A stretch of DNA of 64,000 nucleotides from Candidatus Latescibacterota bacterium (GTDB taxonomy: Bacteria; Latescibacterota; UBA2968): assembly GCA_965198115.1 (NCBI GenBank), contig OZ240241.1:6048001-6112000 (forward strand), in the 5' to 3' direction. The translations under genes and the position numbers were made by a program. This document shows, piece after piece, positions 29,483 to 37,953 of the stretch. Numbering within the stretch: the stretch's first letter is position 1; every line of letters starts with the position of its first letter. The notes below the pieces were generated by a model, which searched no databases, had not been told where the DNA came from, and saw only the letters and a program-made list of their open reading frames with translations.

Positions 29483-30030
29483 TCTCCTGTCACGGCCCGC
29501 TCATCCTGAGTAGGGGTCTAGCAAGACTGTTCAGTCACGTTCGCGACGGTAAAGCATCCCCGTATCGAAGGACGAGCTGGATCGCGTTGATGTGTCTTCT
29601 TCTCGGCCACTGTGCTCCAGTCCAAGGAGAAGTCACCGAAGCCCAGGTCATGGACGTGGCCGTCGAACTCGCCTGCCTCTGCGGCGACTGTCCCAACCGG
29701 CCGTTGGATGAGTGTCGCTGCGGATACGCGGGGACACAGCGCAATCGGATCGCAGACGAACTCGAGAGCGGAAAAACTAGAGATCAGATTATCGCGGGAT
29801 TCGTCGTCGAATTCGGGGATCGAATTTTCGTCACCCCGCCAAAGGAAGGGTTCAACCTCATGGCCTGGTTCATGCCTTTCTTCGGGATCCTCATCGGAGG
29901 TTATGCAGTTCAGTCCATCATGAAAGGCTGGTCCAGAAGCCACGCCCGAAGTGCACCGTCGTCAGCGGACACCGTTTCTGAATCCGATCGTGCTAAACTG
30001 GAAGAGGCCCTGGGCGAACGCGACTCATGA
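29479..30030 (+). CDS. ccmH: Cytochrome c biogenesis protein CcmH
   Basis: ATGA overlap with ccmF. LACLCGDC...ECRC, G..I...PP..GFN..AW.MP. Confidence 0.8.
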   Translation: MISCHGPLILSRGLARLFSHVRDGKASPYRRTSWIALMCLLLGHCAPVQGEVTEAQVMDVAVELACLCGDCPNRPLDECRCGYAGTQRNRIADELESGKTRDQIIAGFVVEFGDRIFVTPPKEGFNLMAWFMPFFGILIGGYAVQSIMKGWSRSHARSAPSSADTVSESDRAKLEEALGERDS

Positions 30031-30070
30031 GTCGGTCGCCCGCTTTCCAATGTTCTATCTTAAATCTTAA

Positions 30071-30427
30071 ATGTTCGAAGCCCTTTACATCTTGTCCGCC
30101 GCCGCCGTCCTGGCGTTCATCTTCGCCCCGCTGTTTCGCAAACAGGGCGAGGTCCAGCGGGCCAGCAACCGCGAGTCACGTCGCAGGCAGCTTCTTGAAG
30201 AGCGCGAGCGCACACTCGAGGCCATTCGCGAACTCGACTTCGACTTCCGCATGGGCAAGCTCGAAGACAATGACTACCGACAGATCCGCTCACGTTACGA
30301 GGCCGACGCCATCGCCGTCATCAAGAAGCTCGACGAAGGCAACGGCCGCGCGGACCCGATCGAAGACCTCGTCGAACAGGAAATCGCCGCCGTCCGCCGC
30401 TCCCGCAAAGGTCCTACGACGTCGTAG
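30071..30427 (+). CDS. CcmI-like small membrane protein
   Basis: N-terminal TM, IRELDFDFRMGKLEDNDY motif, ccm context. Confidence 0.65.
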   Translation: MFEALYILSAAAVLAFIFAPLFRKQGEVQRASNRESRRRQLLEERERTLEAIRELDFDFRMGKLEDNDYRQIRSRYEADAIAVIKKLDEGNGRADPIEDLVEQEIAAVRRSRKGPTTS

Positions 30428-30500
30428 TCGTTCCTTAGTCCCAGGACGCGGTGTGATCGAATCAGCTATAACAAGTTTATTGAGCCTGCCAGTATCATCG

Positions 30501-30815
30501 ATGTTGCGAAGCCCCCAAGTCTTCAACAGACCACCGACCCATTCCCCGAATAGGGCCTCGAACCCGATCCATCCTCTCATTCGTGTTCATCTGTGTTCAT
30601 TTGTGGTTCCCCGCCTTTTGGTTTTCACATCAGCGGTCGCACACGTGTTCAGACGGGCAAGGTCATCGATGTTGCAAAACCTGCCGATCTTCAAGGTACC
30701 CCCTCACGGTTCCCCGACTAGGGCCTCGATCCCCACCCTACGCACCATCTGTGTCCATCTATGTTCATCTGTGGTCCCCTGTCTTTTGGTTTTCACATCA
30801 GCGGGCGCTCAGACA
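30501..30815 (+). repeat. Degenerate tandem duplication, 168-bp unit
   Basis: ATGTTGC...CCCCGA(A/C)TAGGGCCTCGA...GTTCAT(T/C)TGTGGT...CTTTTGGTTTTCACATCAGCGG occurs at 30501 and 30669. Confidence 0.8.
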
Positions 30816-31844
30816 CTTTCCGGAACCGTCACCAACAGCACCCTCTCGCGACCCGAAGCCGGTCTCCCCGTCCAGATCGTCAGCCACAGCGCGACCGATG
30901 CAACGGTCATGGCCGATACAACCGACGCAAACGGACAGTTCAGCTTCAACCTACCCGAGACGCCGAGTAGCGAGATCCCGATCCTCATCTCAACGCGATA
31001 TCTCGGGGTCGACTACACATCCGACCGCGTCACGGACCCGACCGCACTCATCGAGATCCTCGTCTACGAGACATCCGAGGATCCATCAGACCTGAGCGTC
31101 GTCTCGCACCATCTGATTGTCGACGCTGCGACCAACCAAGCCTCTCAGATCTACATCTTCCGCAACGACAGCGATCGAACCTACAAAACTGGGACGGGCC
31201 ACGGACACGGCATCGAACTCCCGCTTCCCCAGAATGTCACGCAGTTCTTCGAGGGACCGCAGGGTCTGCACAACCACGGCTCGACGCTCGTCGACGCCCG
31301 ACCCGTTCCACCCGGTGGTATCCAGCTCGCCTACTCGTTCGAGCTTCCCCCCGACCGCCAGTTCGCTCAACACCTCGTGTTCGACACACAATCTGTCGAC
31401 CTCCTCGTCACCCCCACGGACACGCCCATCACGCAGACTTCGCTGGAAGACATCGGTCCAATCACGCTGGGACAACGGGAATATCGGCGACTTGGCGCAA
31501 AGAATCTCAGGAGAGGACAACACATCGCTTTCACGGTTGGCGGTCCGACCTTCTCAGATCAAGGTGGCTGGGCGACCGAAAAGAATGGTCCGTGGATACT
31601 GGGCAGCGTCGCGTTGATCGCTCTGCTCGCCGTCGTCTTCATCAAAGTCGGCCAACGCCGCCAGACCAACAGCGGTCCCTCACCGGGCGAACTCGGTCCC
31701 GACGTGCGTCGCACCGCACTCCTCGAGCAAATCGCCGACCTCGACGACCGCCTCGACGCCGGACGAATCGAGAAAGACGATCACGCCCGACGCCGCGAAG
31801 CCCTCAAAGCCGAAGTCGTAGACCTCACCCGAGACAAAGCCTAA
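30669..31844 (+). CDS. Ccm-associated exported protein (carboxypeptidase-regulatory-like beta domain, C-terminal TM and CcmI-like tail); start uncertain
   Basis: SGTVTN...TTDANGQFSF, C-terminal TM, LLEQIADLDDRLDAGRI. Confidence 0.6.
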   Translation: MLQNLPIFKVPPHGSPTRASIPTLRTICVHLCSSVVPCLLVFTSAGAQTLSGTVTNSTLSRPEAGLPVQIVSHSATDATVMADTTDANGQFSFNLPETPSSEIPILISTRYLGVDYTSDRVTDPTALIEILVYETSEDPSDLSVVSHHLIVDAATNQASQIYIFRNDSDRTYKTGTGHGHGIELPLPQNVTQFFEGPQGLHNHGSTLVDARPVPPGGIQLAYSFELPPDRQFAQHLVFDTQSVDLLVTPTDTPITQTSLEDIGPITLGQREYRRLGAKNLRRGQHIAFTVGGPTFSDQGGWATEKNGPWILGSVALIALLAVVFIKVGQRRQTNSGPSPGELGPDVRRTALLEQIADLDDRLDAGRIEKDDHARRREALKAEVVDLTRDKA

Positions 31845-31946
31845 GTTCAGACACAAAGCTGCACGGGTGTCTCTCGGTGCTTTCCCCGAATAGAGCCCCG
31901 ATCCCGACGAACCACCCTTTCGTGTATTTCGTGGTAGGTTCTTCCT

Positions 31947-32681
31947 GTGCCCCAACCCGCCATCCAGATTCAAACCGTCACGAAACGCTTCGGACCCTTC
32001 ACCGCACTGAACGGAGTCACCGCCGAGGTTTCATCCGGGGGCGCTCTGTGTCTTCTCGGCCCGAACGGCGCAGGCAAGACGACCCTGATACGCCTCATCG
32101 CAGCACTCTCTCGGCCAACCTCGGGCACGATCCACGTAGAGGGTATCGACCTGTCCAAACAGCCCGAGCGAATCCGCCGCAGGCTCGGCGTTATTTCCCA
32201 CCAGACCATGCTCTACGACGACCTCACCGCACGTGAGAACCTCCGGTTTTACGGCGACCTGTATGGGGTCGAAAATATGAACCACAGGATCGATCGCGTT
32301 CTCGACAATGTCGGTTTGGCCGGAAACGAACATCAACGGTTCCGTACGTTCAGCCGCGGAATGAAGCAACGTCTGGCCATCGCTCGAGCGGTGCTCCACG
32401 ACCCCAGCATTCTGCTCCTCGACGAGCCATTCACCGGTCTCGACACGGCGGCGCGAGACACGCTCGCTGCCAGCATTCTCGACTTTCGCGAGGAAGGTCG
32501 CACCATCGTCCTCGTAACCCACGACCTCACGCAGGCCTTCGCCCTCAGCGACGAATTCATTCTTCTCTCACGAGGTCGCATCGTTCGCCACGGCAAGACC
32601 GCCGACACAACCCTCGACGATCTACAATCCCTCTACCGGACCGCCGTCGACGCGGACACCACCCTCGAGCCCACCCAATGA
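31947..32681 (+). CDS. ccmA: Heme exporter ATPase CcmA
   Basis: GPNGAGKTT, FSRGMKQR, LLLDEP; ccm context. Confidence 0.9.
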   Translation: MPQPAIQIQTVTKRFGPFTALNGVTAEVSSGGALCLLGPNGAGKTTLIRLIAALSRPTSGTIHVEGIDLSKQPERIRRRLGVISHQTMLYDDLTARENLRFYGDLYGVENMNHRIDRVLDNVGLAGNEHQRFRTFSRGMKQRLAIARAVLHDPSILLLDEPFTGLDTAARDTLAASILDFREEGRTIVLVTHDLTQAFALSDEFILLSRGRIVRHGKTADTTLDDLQSLYRTAVDADTTLEPTQ

Positions 32682-32784
32682 CAGATTTTCACTTTCACTC
32701 AGAGCGATCGGACGAAGAGATCGCCACGCCTGCTCTCCCGCTCGCCCAGTCTCCCGTTCACCCGCTCGGTACAGAGACGACCCC

Positions 32785-33468
32785 GTGACTCTCTTCACGA
32801 GACAAACCCTCGCCATCCTCCACAAGGACCTCCGAATCGAGTTCCGTGGAAAAGAACGACTCAGCAGCATGATCTTCTTCGCGGCGCTCGTGCTTCTCAT
32901 CTTCAGCTTTGCGCTGACACCCGGATCTGCTGCCATGGTCGATGGTGCCGGCGGTATCTTCTGGATCACGGTCGTCTTCTCCGGCTTCCTTGGTCTGAGT
33001 CGATCCTTCGCGCAGGAGCAGATCAACGATTGCATGATGGGGTTGCTGCTCGCTCCGGCAGATCGTGCCGCCATCTATCTCGGCAAGACACTCGGAAACT
33101 TTTTAACGATGACGCTGCTCGAGATCTTCCTGTTGCCCGCGTTCGCCATCCTGCTTAACGTGCCCGTTGTGAAGCCACTCCCCGGTCTGATACCGGTCAT
33201 CCTGTTGGGCACGTTGGGCTTCGCATCCGTGGGCACGCTGTTCTCTGCTATGTCCGTCAACACCCGTCTTAAAGAGGCGATGGTGCCGCTCTTGACGCTC
33301 CCGATCCTCGTGCCGGTCATTCTCGCGTCCGTTGAATCGTTCAACGCCCTTCTGTCAGGAGGGAGTCTTTCGTCTGTCGGGGCGTGGGTTCGCACTTCCG
33401 CGGCCTTCTGTTGTATTTTCTTTGTGACTTGTCTCATCCTGTTCGACTACGTCGTGGAGGAATCGTGA
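32785..33468 (+). CDS. ccmB: Heme exporter permease CcmB
   Basis: KDLRIEFR, PLLTLPILVPVI; multi-TM. Confidence 0.9.
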   Translation: MTLFTRQTLAILHKDLRIEFRGKERLSSMIFFAALVLLIFSFALTPGSAAMVDGAGGIFWITVVFSGFLGLSRSFAQEQINDCMMGLLLAPADRAAIYLGKTLGNFLTMTLLEIFLLPAFAILLNVPVVKPLPGLIPVILLGTLGFASVGTLFSAMSVNTRLKEAMVPLLTLPILVPVILASVESFNALLSGGSLSSVGAWVRTSAAFCCIFFVTCLILFDYVVEES

Positions 33469-34178
33469 GTCGTCGATTCTACCTGTTGTCCACCGTCTTC
33501 GGCGCGCTCGCGCTCGTCGGCATGATCATCACGCCCTGGATGGCGCTGGTCCAGGCCGGTATCGAACAACAGATGGGCGTTGCGCAAAAAATCATGTACT
33601 ACCACGTCCCCTCGGCTTTCATGATGTATCTGGGCTTCTTCATCTGCTTCATCTTCAGCATTCTGTATCTTTGGAAACAGAACAAGCGCTACGATCTCTG
33701 GGCATCTTCCGCTGCCGAAGTCGGTTTACTCTTCTGTGTGCTCGTCCTTCTGTCGGGACCTCTCTGGGCAAAGCCCATCTGGAACGCCTGGTGGGTATGG
33801 GATGCCCAGCTCACACTCGTCTTCGTCACGTTCCTCATCTTCGTCGCATACGCGATGCTCAAGAGCTACAGCGAAGAGTCGATTCAGAGCGCCAAGTTCA
33901 GAGCCGTCCTCGGCATTATCGGCTTCCTCGACGTGCCACTCATCCACTACTCCGTCAAGCTCTGGCGCACCCATCATCCAGCCGTCGTCCGAGCCGACAG
34001 TTCTGGTTTACCTCCGGACATGACCAACGCCCTGATCGCCTGCGTACTGACGTGGCTCGCTCTGTTCTGCGCCATTCTGTTCCGTCGTGTCTCGGTCGAA
34101 ATGGCTCGAGACGAACTCGATTACCTGAAGGCCGAGATCCGAGACCGCAAAGCCATCCTCGGCCAAATGGCGACATAG
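33465..34178 (+). CDS. ccmC: Heme exporter CcmC
   Basis: YYHVPSA, GPLWAKPIWNAWWVWD, WRTHHP. Confidence 0.92.
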   Translation: MSRRFYLLSTVFGALALVGMIITPWMALVQAGIEQQMGVAQKIMYYHVPSAFMMYLGFFICFIFSILYLWKQNKRYDLWASSAAEVGLLFCVLVLLSGPLWAKPIWNAWWVWDAQLTLVFVTFLIFVAYAMLKSYSEESIQSAKFRAVLGIIGFLDVPLIHYSVKLWRTHHPAVVRADSSGLPPDMTNALIACVLTWLALFCAILFRRVSVEMARDELDYLKAEIRDRKAILGQMAT

Positions 34179-34377
34179 GTTGGCGCACTCAAGCCCCGAA
34201 CGCGAAGTTTTCGCGGCCGACTGCGTACGACAGCTGCTCCTGAGTAGGTTTCGTGAGGAACAAATCGAATGGGCATTGTCCCATGACTTGCACACAACAC
34301 AATCGCAGGGTTTCACGGCCCACGGCTCACGGCCGACCGCCCACGACCCTTGCTTCACTACTGTAAACAGGTTCGCA

Positions 34378-34542
34378 ATGCAATTCCTCGAATACATGGC
34401 CGCCGCCTACGCCATCATCTGGGCTGCCATCCTTGTCTACTTCCTGATGTTGGGAAAGAAAGAAAAAGAGATCTGGGAAGAGATTCACGAGGTTCGCAAG
34501 AGATTGTCCGAAGGCGAAAACGCCCCAAGACCCGACGCATAA
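34378..34542 (+). CDS. ccmD: CcmD family protein
   Basis: MQFLEYMAAAYAIIWAAILVY followed by a charged tail; directly after ccmC. Confidence 0.75.
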   Translation: MQFLEYMAAAYAIIWAAILVYFLMLGKKEKEIWEEIHEVRKRLSEGENAPRPDA

Positions 34543-34644
34543 TTCGCCACTGCGTTCGACGTCACTCCTGGTTGATCTTGAATTCTCCGTGTTCTCCGTG
34601 CCCGGAGTTTATCCCGAGCGGAGTCGAGGGGTGGTAGGTTTTTC

Positions 34645-35406
34645 ATGGCCGTCACTGGATCCAAACGCATCCTCACCCTGAAAAAGCGAAAAGCCCGCGA
34701 GCGTGAGCGGGCTTTCTTGATTGAAGGGGTGCGTCTGTGCGAAGAAGCTGTTTCGTCAGCGCCCGACAACGTCGAGCAACTCATCTTCGCGCGGGACATG
34801 CTCGACAACCAACGACTCGCCGAACTCAAGTCGCTGGCGGAATCGAAAAACCTCACCGTTCAGCTCACCGACCGCCGGGCGCTCAAAGGCATGTGTGAAA
34901 CCGAGACGCCTCAGGGCGTGCTCGGCGTCGCCCGCATTCCCGACCGGGATCGTCAGGCTGCGCTCTCCTCCGGCCGGACCCTCGTCCTACTCGATCGAAT
35001 TCGTGATCCGGGCAATCTCGGACTTATCCTCCGTACGGCCGAGGCAGCGGGAGCTGGCGGGGTATTCCTCTTGAAAGGATCGGTCGAGCTCTACAATCCG
35101 AAGGTCGTTCGCTCCACGATGGGATCCATCTTCCGCCTTCCTGTCTTTTTGGATGAGCGCCCACCCAAACTCATCAGCGAACTGAAGTCCGTGTCGGTTC
35201 CGATCGTCGCCACTTCGATCGATGCCCCGTCCTTCGACGAAATCGACCTGCCCACACCACGCGCCTTTCTCCTCGGGAACGAAGCCTTCGGCGTAGACCC
35301 GGCGCTCCTTGAATCCGCGGACCACGCCGTTTCGATCCCCATGGCCGGACCCGTCAACTCCCTTAACGTCGCCATCGCCGCCGCGGTCCTGCTCTACCAC
35401 TCGTAG
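34645..35406 (+). CDS. TrmH/SpoU family RNA methyltransferase
   Basis: IRDPGNLG..LRTA, LGNEAFG, SLNVAIAA. Confidence 0.92.
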   Translation: MAVTGSKRILTLKKRKARERERAFLIEGVRLCEEAVSSAPDNVEQLIFARDMLDNQRLAELKSLAESKNLTVQLTDRRALKGMCETETPQGVLGVARIPDRDRQAALSSGRTLVLLDRIRDPGNLGLILRTAEAAGAGGVFLLKGSVELYNPKVVRSTMGSIFRLPVFLDERPPKLISELKSVSVPIVATSIDAPSFDEIDLPTPRAFLLGNEAFGVDPALLESADHAVSIPMAGPVNSLNVAIAAAVLLYHS

Positions 35407-35524
35407 GTCCGTCTCCCCGCGCTTCCGTCTCTGATTTCAGTCCTTTCTCCCGTCTCATTGTCGCTACGCATCGCCTATATTCCCATATCTGTCTCGTCAG
35501 CTAACTGTCGGGTTTGGAGGTAGA

Positions 35525-36976
35525 ATGCAGGGATTCGTCGGGCCGCTTGCAGTCACCGGACTGTGCGTGACCGTCCTCTTTTCACCCGTTGAGGCGCAAA
35601 CCTCATTCGGAGCATCGCCCGACTCGGCTGTCGTGGACACGCTTTACTTCCACGATCCTTACGATCTTTCCGCTGCCGCGCCCGTCGACAGTTCGGATGT
35701 CTACAGCTCACCCGGACGTTCGATTCTATCCTTTCCACAGGTTCTCTGGGACGTCCTTGTCTATCCCATCGGCGAGTTCACGATCTACGCCGAACACGGC
35801 AAACTCCTTCAGCAGTACTATTCGTGGTTCACGAACGCCGACGGCACCATCGGCGTCTTCCCCAGCGTCGCCCTCGGGGGCGAAACGGGGACGGGCGGAG
35901 GACTTCGCGCATTCCACACCAACCTCTGGAACAAGGAAAAGATCCTCACCGGTCAGTACATCTACTCGGGTGGCCGAGGACAGACCGGGCTGGCAGCTTA
36001 CATCGATCCAGACCTGTTTGGATCGGGGCTGCACGGGATTATCGACGTGGATTTCCTCCGAACGCGCCACGACGATTCCAGCATCAACGCCGCGATCGAA
36101 GAGGACGACACCCGTGTTTTCCGTCTCGACAGCATCGACCTCACGAGCAGCCTGAGATGGCGTAGAAACCGCGGTCCGATGTTTCCTTACAAGCCCAATA
36201 CGCAGGCAGAACTGTGGGTAGGTTACAGCCGGCGTGACTTCCGCGCTTTCCGCGGTGGAACGGGCTTACTGACAGATCAAGGATCGACACCTGAGGCGCG
36301 ACGCCTACGCGGCATCGGATCCAACTACACATTGTATCGGGTCGGTGGACGACTCACCCACGACGATCGCGACTACAAACGACCCCGCGACAGCGTCATC
36401 CTCCCACTCAATTACAAACTTCCGGGCAGGATCGCCATCGAGCACGAGGGACTCTACTACTTCTGGCGGGACCTCGGCTATCCGGAAAGCGGGGGCACAA
36501 TCCAGGGCGAACTCGAGCTCAACCACGGATCCGACGATTTCCGATTCGTCCGGATGGGTGCAGAGCTACAACGCTTCTTCACACTCTTCTGGCAAAACCG
36601 GATTCTCGCGGTTCGAGCACGGCTCGATAAAGTCTCGTCCCTCGGGAACCACTTCGTTCCATACACCGAATTGAGACGACTCGGCGGTGGAAACTCCGCA
36701 CGAGGCTACCAACGGGGATTTTTCACCGGTGAAGGGGCCGTCATCATCAATGTCGAATACCGGTGGCCTATCTGGGATACGTGGAATGCCTATCTCTTTT
36801 GGGATGAAGGTCAGGTCTTCGACCGATTCGGCGACATCTCCCGGGCGGGGTTTACGACATCCGTCGGGGGCGGTATCGCGATTCGTACCGAAATCGGCTT
36901 GATCGCAAAGGTCCAGGTCGGCCACAGTGCCGACAGCGCGGCACGTGTGAGCTTTGTGGTCGGAGGGGGATTCTGA
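35525..36976 (+). CDS. Omp85 (BamA/TamA) family outer-membrane beta-barrel without canonical POTRA domains
   Basis: Signal peptide, LGGGNSARGY (VRGY-like motif), NVEYRWPIW, FWDEGQVF, C-terminal Phe. Confidence 0.85.
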   Translation: MQGFVGPLAVTGLCVTVLFSPVEAQTSFGASPDSAVVDTLYFHDPYDLSAAAPVDSSDVYSSPGRSILSFPQVLWDVLVYPIGEFTIYAEHGKLLQQYYSWFTNADGTIGVFPSVALGGETGTGGGLRAFHTNLWNKEKILTGQYIYSGGRGQTGLAAYIDPDLFGSGLHGIIDVDFLRTRHDDSSINAAIEEDDTRVFRLDSIDLTSSLRWRRNRGPMFPYKPNTQAELWVGYSRRDFRAFRGGTGLLTDQGSTPEARRLRGIGSNYTLYRVGGRLTHDDRDYKRPRDSVILPLNYKLPGRIAIEHEGLYYFWRDLGYPESGGTIQGELELNHGSDDFRFVRMGAELQRFFTLFWQNRILAVRARLDKVSSLGNHFVPYTELRRLGGGNSARGYQRGFFTGEGAVIINVEYRWPIWDTWNAYLFWDEGQVFDRFGDISRAGFTTSVGGGIAIRTEIGLIAKVQVGHSADSAARVSFVVGGGF

Positions 36977-37953
36977 GCACCCGCCCACTGCTACCCATTC
37001 TGATCGGGCTGATGTTCGGGTGCGCGACACCCCTCCTCAAACCCGACGAACTCGTGCCCGAAGTGCAGGGTCCGAGCGTGATTCAGCCCGGCGCAGAGGC
37101 GATTCGGTTCGCCGTGTATGGCGACAACCGATTGGCTCGCGGCCGTGTCGACCGGGATTCACTCTCGTCACGGCGGCGGCGGCGGCGACGCGTTACGGGT
37201 GCCATCGCCGCAGGACAACCGGACTTCGTTCTTCACACGGGCGATCTCGTGGAACGGGGCGACGATCGAGAGCTCTGGCAGGCCTTTCTGAGTGACTCGA
37301 GACCCCTGCTTCGGCCTCGCTACTTCTATCCTGCCGTCGGCAACCACGAATACAAGGGCGATTTCCTGGAGGCCTTTCACGAAATCGCGCCCAACGGAGC
37401 GAAAAACGTCAAGGGCTATGCGTTCCGGGCAGGGTCTTCCTACGTGATCGTCTTCGATTTCTCCGCGGAGCCTCATCCGACGGTCGCCGACGGATTTCAT
37501 TCGGCTTGGCTAAAGGAGCGTCTTCTGGTCGCACAATCGGCGCGCTTCCTGTTCGTCGTCAGCCACCACCCACTCTATTCGAGCGGCCGGGGACCGGTAG
37601 GGCGTTTTCTGATCAGTCGAGGGGAAGGCGGCCACGCCCCGCGCAAAAAGGACATCGCACTGAGATCGATCTTGCGTCAGAATCTTCAACAACGGAAGAG
37701 GCGAGATCCGTCCGCCAGAACCGTCGTCCTGACGGGTCACAGTCATTTCTACGAACGCTACGTCGCCGACGGAATCGACTACGTCGTGACCGGGGGGGGT
37801 GGTGCGCCGTCTCACACCCCGACTCGCACAGCCCCGCATCGGAAAGAAGCCTACGAAGGAGATCACTTCGTGGAAATTTCCTGCGCGGATGACACACTCA
37901 AGATCGACATGATTCCCGTAGGTACGGGGGACTGGATTCAAAGGGCACGATGA
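36973..37953 (+). CDS. Metallophosphoesterase (calcineurin-like / purple acid phosphatase-like), probable lipoprotein
   Basis: GDNR, TGDLV, GNHE, HHP, GHSHFYER, VTGGGGA. The frame extends upstream to CTG 36973 (CTGA overlap, RBS GGAGG), giving signal peptide MSTRPLLPILIGLMFG-C. Confidence 0.85.
   Translation: MSTRPLLPILIGLMFGCATPLLKPDELVPEVQGPSVIQPGAEAIRFAVYGDNRLARGRVDRDSLSSRRRRRRRVTGAIAAGQPDFVLHTGDLVERGDDRELWQAFLSDSRPLLRPRYFYPAVGNHEYKGDFLEAFHEIAPNGAKNVKGYAFRAGSSYVIVFDFSAEPHPTVADGFHSAWLKERLLVAQSARFLFVVSHHPLYSSGRGPVGRFLISRGEGGHAPRKKDIALRSILRQNLQQRKRRDPSARTVVLTGHSHFYERYVADGIDYVVTGGGGAPSHTPTRTAPHRKEAYEGDHFVEISCADDTLKIDMIPVGTGDWIQRAR

Noticed and set aside
30027-30500. 605-aa ORF starting at 30027
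   Set aside because: Its N-terminal part overlaps the better-supported 30071..30427 gene and repeat DNA. Only the C-terminal ~350-390 aa look like real protein.
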